IMG/VR virus record: IMGVR_UViG_3300020045_007761 | Coordinates: 1 to 39,948 of that record | Direction: 5' to 3' (one strand) | Source: a virus | Taxonomy: Duplodnaviria > Caudoviricetes | Length of the DNA stretch: 39,948 nucleotides | Part shown: piece after piece, positions 1-8,887 of the stretch | How positions within the stretch are numbered: the stretch's first letter is position 1 | How the letters are laid out: each line of letters opens with the position of its first letter | The notes under the pieces: generated by a model | Told to the model about the DNA's origin: nothing | The model's input: the letters and a program-made list of their open reading frames with translations, nothing else | The model's database searches: none | Made by a program: the position numbers and the translations under genes

Positions 1-432
1 ACCAACTTCTAGCCACTCACCAACTTCTAGCCACTCACCAACTTTTAGCGACTCACCAACTTTTAGCGACTTACCAACTTCTAGCCACTTACCAACTTCT
101 AGCCACTTACCAACTTTTAGCGACTTACCAACTTTTAGCGACTTACCAACTTATAGCCACTCACCAACTTCTAGCCACTCACCAACTTTTAGCCACTCAC
201 CAACTTTTAGCGACTCACCAACTTCTAGCCACGCACCAACTTTTAGCGACTCACCAACTTTTAGCGACTCACCAACTTTTAGCCACGCACCAACTTTTAG
301 CGACTTACCAACTTTTAGCGACTTACCAACTTTTAGCGACTTACCAACTTTTAGCCACTCACCAACTTTTAGCGACTTACCAACTTTTAGCGACTTACCA
401 ACTTCTAGCCATTCACCAACTTTTAGCGACTT
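1..432. repeat. 24 tandem copies of an 18-bp unit ACCAACTT(T/C)TAGC(C/G)ACT(C/T), encoding L(K/E)VG(E/K/A)(W/S) on the - strand
   Basis: Read directly, unit by unit, 1-432. Variation is confined to a few positions. Unit 9 (145-162) has TTATAG, giving an in-frame TAA on the - strand. Confidence 0.97.
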
Positions 433-573
433 ACCAAAAAATGATTTACTGCTAATTAAAGGTATCTTAATATCTATATGACAATTTGGAAAATTAATAT
501 CTATATCAATTCTAAAATACCAGTCTTGCCTATATACACCCTCATAATTTTCATCTATAACTATTGTTTCCAT
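1..573 (-). CDS. N-terminal part of a hexapeptide-repeat (beta-helix-like) protein, interrupted by TAA at 151-153; the frame continues to the window edge
   Basis: ATG at 573 with AGGAG upstream. Repeats continue in the same frame past the stop. The C-terminal part is at 39528-39948. Confidence 0.8.
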
Positions 574-596
574 TCTCTCAACTCCTCTTTGTTTTA

Positions 597-671
597 TTAA
601 AATAATTTTAATACAATAATGCTTAAAATATTATAAAACTATCAATTTAGATATAATAAAAATAAAAAAGG
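597..671. promoter_or_regulatory. Divergent promoter unit: palindrome TTAAAATAATTTTAA (597-611, containing a - strand TAAAAT) and + strand TATAAT (652-657) with AAAAAGG RBS
   Basis: The same arrangement recurs at 29662, 30671, 33031 and 35418. Confidence 0.6.
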
Positions 672-677
672 TTGATA

Positions 678-1385
678 ATGAATTACAGCGAAAATTCTAA
701 ACCAACATTAGAAAGCACGATTTTAAATAGTATTAGAGGTTCTTTAGTTGATACACATACTACACTAATAGCTAAAATTACAAAGATAAACCAAAAGACT
801 ATTGATTGTAAACCAGTTATAAGTAGGCTGGTAAATGATAAAACAGTAGATTTACCAGTGTTTATTGAAGTTCCTATTATTAACTTTTTAGGTGGAAGTT
901 CATCTATTCAAATGCCTTTGGCTGTTGGGGATTATGCAGTTTTATTTGTGGTTGAAAGATGTTTTGATGAGTGGTATAGTGGTAACGATTTTAAACCACC
1001 TTTGGAAGCTAGAATACACGATTATAGTGATTGTATTGCTTTGGTTGGATTAAAGAATATGTCGGGTGAGTTGGATATTCCTACTGTTATTAAAATGATG
1101 GGTGATTGTTATCAAGGGGGCAATTATGAACATATGGGCAACCGAACACAATCGGGTGATTATACTTTGACGGGTGACTTCACTATAAATGGACAAACTA
1201 TAAAGAATGGTAATTTAACTATTAATGGAAATATTACTATTAATGGTGGTGGTGGTGGTACTGTAAATGCTACTGGTTGCACTATTAATTTAAGTGGTGG
1301 TGATATTGTTGCAGATGGAATATCGTTAAAGAATCATACACATACAGAGCAGGGTGATGGAAACGAAACATCAACTCCAAATTAA
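678..1385 (+). CDS. Baseplate central spike (Gp138/gpV-like)
   Basis: OB-fold-like N-terminus (VPIINFLGG..GDYAVLFVVERCFDEW, RIHDYSDCIA), beta-helix repeats and a C-terminal HTH His motif (KNHTH). ATG 678 preferred over TTG 672. Confidence 0.85.
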   Translation: MNYSENSKPTLESTILNSIRGSLVDTHTTLIAKITKINQKTIDCKPVISRLVNDKTVDLPVFIEVPIINFLGGSSSIQMPLAVGDYAVLFVVERCFDEWYSGNDFKPPLEARIHDYSDCIALVGLKNMSGELDIPTVIKMMGDCYQGGNYEHMGNRTQSGDYTLTGDFTINGQTIKNGNLTINGNITINGGGGGTVNATGCTINLSGGDIVADGISLKNHTHTEQGDGNETSTPN

Positions 1386-1439
1386 AGTTTTATCTTATGG
1401 TTTTTAGAGTATAATAATAAAAAAATAAAAGGTAGGAAA

Positions 1440-1881
1440 ATGACACAAAATGAGCTAAAAGAATTATTTGAATATAAAGATGGTAGTTTAATATGGAAAA
1501 TCTCAAGAGGAAACAGAGCTAAAATAGGAAGTGTTGCTGGAAGTTATGATAATTCAACAAAATATAGACAAGTAAGATTAAATAAAAAGAAATTTTATAT
1601 TCATAGATTAATATGGATATATCACTATGGTGAGATAGAAAATACTTATCAAGTTGACCATAAAGACAGAAATAGATTAAATAACAATATTGAAAATTTA
1701 AGATTATTAACTGAAAAACAAAACAAATGTAATGTGAGTAGGTGTTTATAAAGTGGGAAAGAAATATATGTCTTTAATTGGAATTGATGGAAGAAGCAAA
1801 TACTTAGGAATATTTAAAGACAAAGAAGATGTAAAAAATAAATATAATGAGCATAAAAAATTAATATTAGGAGCTTTATAG
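1440..1881 (+). pseudogene. HNH endonuclease whose C-terminal AP2-like domain is out of frame
   Basis: 1440-1751 has VDHKDRNRLNNNIENLR (HNH). The +1 frame 1741-1881 reads GVYKVGKKYMSLIGIDGRSKYLGIFKDKEDVKNKY (AP2-like). Confidence 0.7.
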
Positions 1882-2231
1882 TGAAATTTAGAAGGCTAAA
1901 TGAAAACCACGATTGGACATTTGGGAGGGGAGTTTCTAATTATGCAGATAGTAATGAAGCAATTATGATGAACTGCAAAACAAGATTGTTAAGTTTCAAA
2001 AATGACTGGATGATTGACCAAAATCAGAATATAGATTGGTTTACAATTTTAGGACAAAAAAACAATGAAGAAACAATTATAAATGAAGTTGAAAGAGTTT
2101 GCTTGAATAGTGAAGGTATCGTTAATGTTGTATCAATAGATATTGTAAAATCGGATAATAGAAATGCAAATATTGAAATAGTTGTAAATACTGTTTTTAG
2201 TGAAGCTTTAAAACTAGGAGTTGAAATATGA
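1881..2231 (+). CDS. Baseplate wedge subunit (gp25/W-like)
   Basis: MKFRRLNENHDWTFGRG N-terminus typical of this myophage group; AGGAG RBS; lies upstream of baseplate J. Confidence 0.75.
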   Translation: MKFRRLNENHDWTFGRGVSNYADSNEAIMMNCKTRLLSFKNDWMIDQNQNIDWFTILGQKNNEETIINEVERVCLNSEGIVNVVSIDIVKSDNRNANIEIVVNTVFSEALKLGVEI

Positions 2232-3391
2232 CAATAAATGAAAACGGTTTATTGATTGATGAATTTAGTACGATTTATAATAGGTTGGCTGATAAGTTTA
2301 AGCTGATTTACGGACAAGATATAAACTTGGAACAGAACAGCCCAGACGGTCAATTATTAGGAATTATTACTAATGAAATTTACGATTTACAAACTTTAAT
2401 TTTACATATTTATAATTCTTTTGACCCTGATTTAGCACAAGGGGTAGAGTTAAATAAGTTATTAAAATTAATTGCTCAAACAAGAAGGGCTTCAACAAAA
2501 TCAATTGTAGATATAACGATAATAGCAAATGAGAATGTGACTTTACCATCGGATTATACAATCATAGATGAAAACAAGAATGAATGGGTTATAAATGCAG
2601 AAACTTCTTTAATTATTGGTTCTAATATAGTATCTTTTAATGCTGTAAACTTTGGAGCTATTGAGGCTAGTGCAAATACAATCAATGATGTTGTGACTGT
2701 TTTCCCTGAAATTACAAGCGTAAATAATCTATCACCAGCAGAAGTTGGAAGAGATGAAGAAAGTGATGTACTATTAAGAAAAAGAAGAAACAACCTTTTA
2801 AGCGTTAATTCCGATTCAACCATTGCAGGAATATATAGTAAATTATTCCTCCTTGATACTGTTACTGATTCAGTTATCTATGAAAATGCAACAGATGATT
2901 ATGATGCTTTAAAAGGCTTAAATCCTCATGCTTTATGGGTAATTGTTGATGGTGGAGCAGTTGATGAAATAGCTAAAATTATAGCGTCAGACAAAACAAT
3001 TGGAGCGGATTTAAAAGGTACTATTTCACAAAATTATATTGAAACATTTCTTAAAGCAGATGGAACAACTAGAACATTAACACATACAGTAAAATTTGAC
3101 AGACCAATTGAAATACCTTTATATATTAATTTAATTGTAACAAAAAGATTATCTACAAATGTTATTGATATGGATGCCATTAAGAACAAATTAGTTGAAA
3201 AGTTTTATTCTATTAATGAAAAAGCAACAGCAACAGAGCTGTATTCATATGTTTATAGTGCCGGAAGTACATTTATTGCTTCAGCTTTAGAAGTTAGTAA
3301 AGATAATATTACTTTTGGAAATACAGCAACAAATGATTATGATGAAAAGTTTATTATAAGCGTTGCAAATATAACAATTACTGAGGTATAA
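2228..3391 (+). CDS. Baseplate J-like protein
   Basis: SPDGQLLG and GRDEESDVLLRKR motifs; size and synteny. Confidence 0.88.
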   Translation: MTINENGLLIDEFSTIYNRLADKFKLIYGQDINLEQNSPDGQLLGIITNEIYDLQTLILHIYNSFDPDLAQGVELNKLLKLIAQTRRASTKSIVDITIIANENVTLPSDYTIIDENKNEWVINAETSLIIGSNIVSFNAVNFGAIEASANTINDVVTVFPEITSVNNLSPAEVGRDEESDVLLRKRRNNLLSVNSDSTIAGIYSKLFLLDTVTDSVIYENATDDYDALKGLNPHALWVIVDGGAVDEIAKIIASDKTIGADLKGTISQNYIETFLKADGTTRTLTHTVKFDRPIEIPLYINLIVTKRLSTNVIDMDAIKNKLVEKFYSINEKATATELYSYVYSAGSTFIASALEVSKDNITFGNTATNDYDEKFIISVANITITEV

Positions 3392-3392
3392 A

Positions 3393-4100
3393 ATGAGTGA
3401 TTATATTGACGGAAATGTATCAAATTTAATTATCCAATATGGACAAAAATCTAACGCAGTATCCACGGTTACTGCGTATACTGAAGATTTTGAATTAATA
3501 TATGATAATGCCAATATCTTAATTTTTGCCTATGATTTAGATAATGCTGTCGGAAAACAATTGGATATTTTAGGAAAAATCGTAGGTATAAGTAGGAATG
3601 TTCCATTTTCAGTACCAAAAAAATACTTTGGGTTCAATGGTAATCTAAACTCTTATCCTTTTGGAAGTAAATTTAATGTAGTAGTTTCTTATCCATTTAG
3701 GGGCAAATTTGAAATTCCATATTCAGATAGTCAAGTAAACGACAATGATTATAGATTTTTTATTAAAGCTAAAATAATAAAAAACTATGCAACATCAAAA
3801 AATATTGATTCAAGCAATTTATCAATTCAAAATACAGTAGATTATTTATTTAATAGTAAAGCATATATTGTTGATAATAAAGATATGACAATGACTTTAA
3901 ATATTGATAGTAGCTATGATATTACAAAATTAACATATTTAAAAAACCTAGATTTGTTACCTCGTCCGCAAGGGGTTAGATATAATACATTCGTAGGTTA
4001 TCAAGACGGTGTTACCTTTGGGTTTAACAGCTTTAATATTGGACTTGGTAGCAAATTTGCAACATCTGGAACATCAAGATTTGCTTATAAAATTATATAG
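3393..4100 (+). CDS. Baseplate wedge protein (DUF2612-like)
   Basis: DLDNAVGKQLDILGKIVGISR and LLPRPQGV motifs; follows baseplate J. Confidence 0.85.
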   Translation: MSDYIDGNVSNLIIQYGQKSNAVSTVTAYTEDFELIYDNANILIFAYDLDNAVGKQLDILGKIVGISRNVPFSVPKKYFGFNGNLNSYPFGSKFNVVVSYPFRGKFEIPYSDSQVNDNDYRFFIKAKIIKNYATSKNIDSSNLSIQNTVDYLFNSKAYIVDNKDMTMTLNIDSSYDITKLTYLKNLDLLPRPQGVRYNTFVGYQDGVTFGFNSFNIGLGSKFATSGTSRFAYKII

Positions 4101-4111
4101 GAAGGAAAAAT

Positions 4112-5059
4112 ATGATTACAAGATTTAATGGAAATGTTGTACCTTTTGCAGGTGATGCAACATCTACAAACAGAACGGTATTTGGCGGAACAACTCAGTC
4201 GGACTTAATCGATGACAACCTAAATGCAGACTTTAAAAAAGGTTGGGAAATCGTAGGATTAAACGATAATCCAACAAGAGAAGATTTTAATGCAATGGGT
4301 TACACTTTGGGTGCTTTAATATCTTATTTGTACGAAATGGGAATTAGTGAGTGGAACTCACTTCAAAATTATAGAATCAATTCATTAACTACTGGAAGCG
4401 ATGGGAAAACATATAAGTCTTTAACTGGAACAATTGGTTCTCCAAATGTTGGGAATAATCCAATAACAGATACTACCAACTGGAAATTAGAAACCGGTGG
4501 TTATGTAGAACTTACGGGGGACCAAACAATAGCTGGAATTAAAACTTTTACAAGTTTTCCAGTAACACCATCATCTGCTCCAACTTTACAATATCAAGTT
4601 GCGAATAAGAAATATGTAGACGATGGAATAGCTGGTATTGGCTCTGGTATATCGGTTGGATTAATATTTGCATTTGCTAAAAATACTGCACCAACTGGGT
4701 ATTTAGAATGTAATGGTGCTTTAGTATCAAGAACTGTTTATGCTAGTTTATTCGCAGAAATTGGCACTACATTTGGCGTTGGAGATGGTTCTACTACTTT
4801 TAAAATACCTGATTTAAGGGGTGAATTTATTAGAGGTTTTGATAATGCAAGAGGAATTGATAGTGCAAGGGTATTCGGTTCTGCACAAACTGATTCATTT
4901 AAAAGCCATAGTCACCCTATGAGTGTTACTACTATAAGTAATGCTAGAACTACAACTGGAACAGCGGGTGCAACTCAAGGTCTTGGAAATACAGATAGTA
5001 CTGGTGGAGCAGAAACTAGACCTAGAAATATAGCGTTATTATATTGTATTAAATACTAA
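4112..5059 (+). CDS. Tail fibre protein with collar domain
   Basis: GYLECNGALVSRTVYASLF..FGVGDGSTTFKIPDLRGEFIRG (collar), KSHSH, and C-terminal ETRPRNIALLYCIKY. Confidence 0.92.
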   Translation: MITRFNGNVVPFAGDATSTNRTVFGGTTQSDLIDDNLNADFKKGWEIVGLNDNPTREDFNAMGYTLGALISYLYEMGISEWNSLQNYRINSLTTGSDGKTYKSLTGTIGSPNVGNNPITDTTNWKLETGGYVELTGDQTIAGIKTFTSFPVTPSSAPTLQYQVANKKYVDDGIAGIGSGISVGLIFAFAKNTAPTGYLECNGALVSRTVYASLFAEIGTTFGVGDGSTTFKIPDLRGEFIRGFDNARGIDSARVFGSAQTDSFKSHSHPMSVTTISNARTTTGTAGATQGLGNTDSTGGAETRPRNIALLYCIKY

Positions 5060-5068
5060 GGAGACAAT

Positions 5069-5647
5069 ATGAATATTTATAATTATATTAAAGATACAAA
5101 AGAGTTTACATCTATTACGGTTGCGTGCAAAAACCCATTGGAAGAAGGAAAATACCTTGTTCCATCGGATGCCACTACATTGAAAGTTATTGAACCAAAG
5201 GATGGTTTTGCAGTTTGCTTTAATACAGAACATGACAAATGGGAATATGTAGAAGACAATAGAGGTAAAACTGCATATAAAACTAATACAAAAAAATCAT
5301 CAACTATTGATTATTTAGGGAAGATAGAAGATGGTTTTACCTTGATAGTTCCTACTGATTTTGACGAATGGAATGATATTGATAAATGCTGGAATGAAAA
5401 TGTAGTTGCAAAAGAATCTTTTAGAATATCTTTAATTAATTTAAAATCCAGTGAAATAATTGAAAATAAATATCCAATTTATAGACAGATTAATATAACA
5501 AATTTATTAACACCTTACACTGCTTTAGATAAAGATGAAATGTGTATGTTTATTGATACTGTTAGAGGAATAGCAAGAGATGCTAAGACTAACGGAACAC
5601 TATATAATGATATAAATTGGGCTGGATTAGATGGAAACATTTCTTAA
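5069..5647 (+). CDS. Tail fibre assembly chaperone
   Basis: WEYVEDNRGKTAY motif; directly after the fibre gene; AGGAG RBS. Confidence 0.78.
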   Translation: MNIYNYIKDTKEFTSITVACKNPLEEGKYLVPSDATTLKVIEPKDGFAVCFNTEHDKWEYVEDNRGKTAYKTNTKKSSTIDYLGKIEDGFTLIVPTDFDEWNDIDKCWNENVVAKESFRISLINLKSSEIIENKYPIYRQINITNLLTPYTALDKDEMCMFIDTVRGIARDAKTNGTLYNDINWAGLDGNIS

Positions 5648-6221
5648 TCGATTAAGAGGTACTGGAAATATATTCAGTATCTCAATATTTAATATAAACG
5701 GAGCGTTAATTTATGCTTTATATTTAGGATTACTATTTGGATTAATTACTCAATGGTATATTGGAATATTAGTATCAATTTGTTTTTTTATTGGTGAATC
5801 TTTCGGATGGGGCAAATGGGTTGGTTCATTATGTTATCCTGAAAATATAAATTTACAAGGTGCATATAAAGATAAAGAAGGATATTCTTTCCCATATATT
5901 CACCATATATCTAATTTTTTTGTTAAAGAAAAAATAAATTACTTTAAATACTGCAATTTAGCTTTAGGAATTAGAGGATTTATTTGGGGATTATGTTTAT
6001 ATTTAGCTTTGGTTTTATTTAATTATATTTCACATTTAGAATACTTCATCGTTTCCATTATATATGGTATCGGTTTTCCTTTGGCTTGTTATTTAAGTAG
6101 AAAAAAATCATTTAACTACAAAAGTAAATTTATTTCAATAGTTGGAAAATGGGAAAGTCAAGAAGTTTATTATGGATTTATTCATTTTGTTTGTAATGCC
6201 TATATTATTTGGAGTATTTAA
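5631..6221 (+). CDS. Multi-pass membrane protein, unknown function
   Basis: Several hydrophobic segments; overlaps its neighbours. Confidence 0.7.
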   Translation: METFLNRLRGTGNIFSISIFNINGALIYALYLGLLFGLITQWYIGILVSICFFIGESFGWGKWVGSLCYPENINLQGAYKDKEGYSFPYIHHISNFFVKEKINYFKYCNLALGIRGFIWGLCLYLALVLFNYISHLEYFIVSIIYGIGFPLACYLSRKKSFNYKSKFISIVGKWESQEVYYGFIHFVCNAYIIWSI

Positions 6222-6847
6222 TGTTTAAATGGATTAAAGAGAAAATAACATATTTTAATAATAGATGGTTTCCAGAAATACAATTTTTAGTAAATAAAAT
6301 CGAAGAAAATCAAAGAGTATTGGTTAAAATGGCTAATATGATAGAAGAAGAAAAAACAAAGATTGAATATGAATTGTGTTTTTATAAAGGTTTTGCACAA
6401 ATTCTAATTGAAGAATCACCTGATATGGTTTGGCTTAAAGATTTAGATGGTAAATATATGGTAGCTAACACAGCTATTAAAACTGGTTTACTATTTGATT
6501 GTCACCCATACGGGAAAAATGATATTGAAATATCTTTAAAAGCTAAAGAAAGATTTGGGTCTAATAATCACACATTTGGAGAAGTTTGTGGTAATAGTGA
6601 TTTAGTTGTTATTGATAATTTAAAACCTCAAAGATTTTTAGAGAATGGATTAATCAAAGGTAAAATGATTTATTTAGAAGTATTTAAATTTCCATTCTAT
6701 GTAGATGGTATTTTAGTTGGTATTGGTGGTATTGGTAGGGACATGACTGAATATGTAACGGCATATAGACAAGCTAATTGTTTAGATTGTTGTAGTGGTG
6801 CAAGTTCACTAAAAGATATATTTTCAAGATATGAATTCAAAGGTTAA
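6221..6847 (+). CDS. Stand-alone PAS-domain protein
   Basis: ESPDMVWLKDLDGKYMVAN ... KFPFYVDGILVGIGGIGRDMTE is a PAS/PAC signature. GGAG at 6211-6214 supports ATG 6221. Confidence 0.85.
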   Translation: MFKWIKEKITYFNNRWFPEIQFLVNKIEENQRVLVKMANMIEEEKTKIEYELCFYKGFAQILIEESPDMVWLKDLDGKYMVANTAIKTGLLFDCHPYGKNDIEISLKAKERFGSNNHTFGEVCGNSDLVVIDNLKPQRFLENGLIKGKMIYLEVFKFPFYVDGILVGIGGIGRDMTEYVTAYRQANCLDCCSGASSLKDIFSRYEFKG

Positions 6848-6849
6848 AT

Positions 6850-7062
6850 ATGGCTGATAATGCAGAATACTTAGAGGATAGAAAATTCATACTCGAATCG
6901 TTAAAAGAACACAAAGACAATATAAAAGTATTATTTAATAATGACACAGATATAAAAGTTGCATTAAATACTCTAATGGTAAAAATGGCTGTTATTGTAT
7001 TTATTGGTTCATCAATAACTGGAACAATAGTAGGAATAGTTTTTAAGGAGTTGCAGAAGTGA
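6850..7062 (+). CDS. Small membrane protein with one C-terminal TM (holin/antiholin-like)
   Basis: Charged coiled N-terminus plus MAVIVFIGSSITGTIVGIVF; located in the lysis module. Confidence 0.6.
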   Translation: MADNAEYLEDRKFILESLKEHKDNIKVLFNNDTDIKVALNTLMVKMAVIVFIGSSITGTIVGIVFKELQK

Positions 7063-7184
7063 AACTATTATTAGTTAAAATCAAAGAATTAAAGTATTTA
7101 ATTAAAGATAATAAATACTTTGAAGCTATTAAAAAAAATGAAGAAATTACAAAGATATTAGATACTTTTAAAAGGAGTTGCTAG
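7059..7184 (+). CDS. 41-aa hypothetical protein (not in ORF track)
   Basis: GTG 7059 with AAGGAG at 7045-7050; exactly fills the gap to the holin gene (MKLLLVKIKELKYLIKDNKYFEAIKKNEEITKILDTFKRSC). Confidence 0.55.
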   Translation: MKLLLVKIKELKYLIKDNKYFEAIKKNEEITKILDTFKRSC

Positions 7185-7586
7185 ATGTTTGGAATATTAA
7201 GCAATATATTTGGTAGTGGAGAAGTAGTTAAAAAAGGTTTAGATTTAATTGATGAAGCTTGGACTTCAGACGAAGAAAAAGCAGATAATGAAGCTAAAAT
7301 TATTGAAGCTAAAACAAATGCAAAAGCTACCTTATTAAATGCTTATGCTCCTTTTAAATTAGCTCAAAGATACTTGGCGATGATGTTTACTTTTGTTTAT
7401 TTATTTATTATGATAAATGGAATTTTAGGTGCATTATATGGTTGGGTAAATATGGAAAATGTAAGAGAATCATTAAAATTTGCCAATGAAATGTGGCTTG
7501 GAGAGATAATGATAACAATTGTTGCATTTTATTTCGGTGGTGGTTTAGTTGAATCTTATAAAAAGAAAAGAGGGTTAAATGAATAA
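7185..7586 (+). CDS. Putative holin
   Basis: Two TM segments ending in AFYFGG plus a basic tail; immediately upstream of the endolysin. Confidence 0.72.
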   Translation: MFGILSNIFGSGEVVKKGLDLIDEAWTSDEEKADNEAKIIEAKTNAKATLLNAYAPFKLAQRYLAMMFTFVYLFIMINGILGALYGWVNMENVRESLKFANEMWLGEIMITIVAFYFGGGLVESYKKKRGLNE

Positions 7587-8124
7587 AAAAATATTAGAAA
7601 TGATTAAAGATGTAGAATTTTCAAATGATAATTCATTATTGCTACATAAAAATGATGGGGAAAATGGACTTACATATTTTGGAATTTATGAATCATCTCA
7701 CCCAACTTGGAAAGGTTGGAATATAATTAAAAGATATTTAGCAAATGTTCCTGATTTAAAAAAATGCTCTATTATATTATCAAATGTGTCTGATTTAAAT
7801 AAGATTGTAGAAGATTTCTATAAAGTAGAATTTTACGACAAAATGAAACTCGATTTAATTACATCAGAAAACAAACAATTAGAAATGATGTGTTTTGGAA
7901 TTAATACTAATCCTGCAAGATGCATTAAAAAGGTTCAGGAGCTTTTAGGATTAACAGTTGATGGAATTATAGGGAATAAGACAATTACTGCTTTAAATGC
8001 CTTTGATGATGATTTATTTGATAAGTTATTTGATGAAGAAGAAATTGAATTTTATAACAGTTTGGACGAGGATAGATTCGGTAAGTTTAAAAAAGGCTGG
8101 AAAAATAGAGCTTTAAAATATTAA
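7579..8124 (+). CDS. Endolysin, glycoside hydrolase 108-like, with peptidoglycan-binding C-terminus
   Basis: GENGLTYFGIY, QELLGLTVDGIIGNKTITALN, FKKGWKNR. Confidence 0.85.
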   Translation: MNKKILEMIKDVEFSNDNSLLLHKNDGENGLTYFGIYESSHPTWKGWNIIKRYLANVPDLKKCSIILSNVSDLNKIVEDFYKVEFYDKMKLDLITSENKQLEMMCFGINTNPARCIKKVQELLGLTVDGIIGNKTITALNAFDDDLFDKLFDEEEIEFYNSLDEDRFGKFKKGWKNRALKY

Positions 8125-8213
8125 TATTATTTTAAGTATAAAGTAATATAATATTAATGTACCTTTTTGGTGCTATGTCTAAACTCATTCTCTTGATTTT
8201 TACTCTTTTAGGG

Positions 8214-8258
8214 AAAGGAAGCTATCTAAGATTTCGAATCTTGTAGCTTCCTTTTTTT
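8214..8258. terminator. Intrinsic terminator between convergent transcription units
   Basis: AAAGGAAGCTA..AAGATT-TCG-AATCTT..TAGCTTCCTTT followed by a T run. Confidence 0.8.
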
Positions 8259-8727
8259 ATGCACTTAATCTATGGTAATTAACTTTTAAATCTTGTAAGG
8301 CTTCATAACTAATACTCTTTAATTTAGTTTCAATATTATTAATAATTTTTATAGCCATATTATAAGATATGTTTAAAGCCCCCATACTTTGTTGTGGTAT
8401 TCCTACTAATTTAGCTATTTTACCCAAATTCCCTTTTGTTCCATCTTTTTCAATTAAAGCTTCAATATCTATAATTAACTGCTGGGCATAAAGAATTGTA
8501 TTATGTACTTCCTCTTCGTACTTTAACATCTCTATTACATCGTTATAATCAAAAAATCCCCAAACAGATTGAAGTAAATATTTTTTATTTTTAAATTTAT
8601 TTTCTTTATCTTGTTTTTTGATAATATTAAAGTTAGCTATCATTGAATTAGAATCTTTATACCTATCTTTAAAATAAAAATATGTTTCTTCTGATGATAA
8701 TCTACGCATCAAATAATCATTTTTCAT
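8257..8727 (-). CDS. Hypothetical protein, possible C-terminal HTH
   Basis: LGKIAKLVGIPQQSM resembles an HTH; weak evidence. Confidence 0.55.
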   Translation of the reverse strand: MKNDYLMRRLSSEETYFYFKDRYKDSNSMIANFNIIKKQDKENKFKNKKYLLQSVWGFFDYNDVIEMLKYEEEVHNTILYAQQLIIDIEALIEKDGTKGNLGKIAKLVGIPQQSMGALNISYNMAIKIINNIETKLKSISYEALQDLKVNYHRLSA

Positions 8728-8887
8728 CTTTATCTTTTGGATTTACATAATAAATATCTGTAAAATATTTACACTCTTCTATTTCTAAACCTTTTAATCT
8801 TTCATTAAAATAATCACTTTTTGGATTAAAACACATTAAACCATTTTGTTTGTTTTCTACGCATGAGTCACATTTTAGGCATTTCAT
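8717..8887 (-). CDS. 56-aa Cys-rich protein (not in ORF track)
   Basis: MKCLKCDSCVENKQNGLMCFNPKS..EECKYF; ATGA overlap with the upstream gene. Confidence 0.6.
   Translation of the reverse strand: MKCLKCDSCVENKQNGLMCFNPKSDYFNERLKGLEIEECKYFTDIYYVNPKDKDEK

Noticed and set aside
151-153. Stop-codon reassignment (TAA read as sense)
   Set aside because: TAA, TAG and TGA all terminate conserved genes normally elsewhere, and long genes are intact in the standard code.
1-432. CRISPR array or telomere-like terminal repeat
   Set aside because: Units are directly adjacent with no unique spacers, keep a reading frame (18 bp = 6 aa) and join unique N- and C-terminal coding sequence; no cas genes.
6209-6220. 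TTG start for the PAS protein
   Set aside because: GGAG at 6211-6214 and stop/start overlap support ATG 6221.
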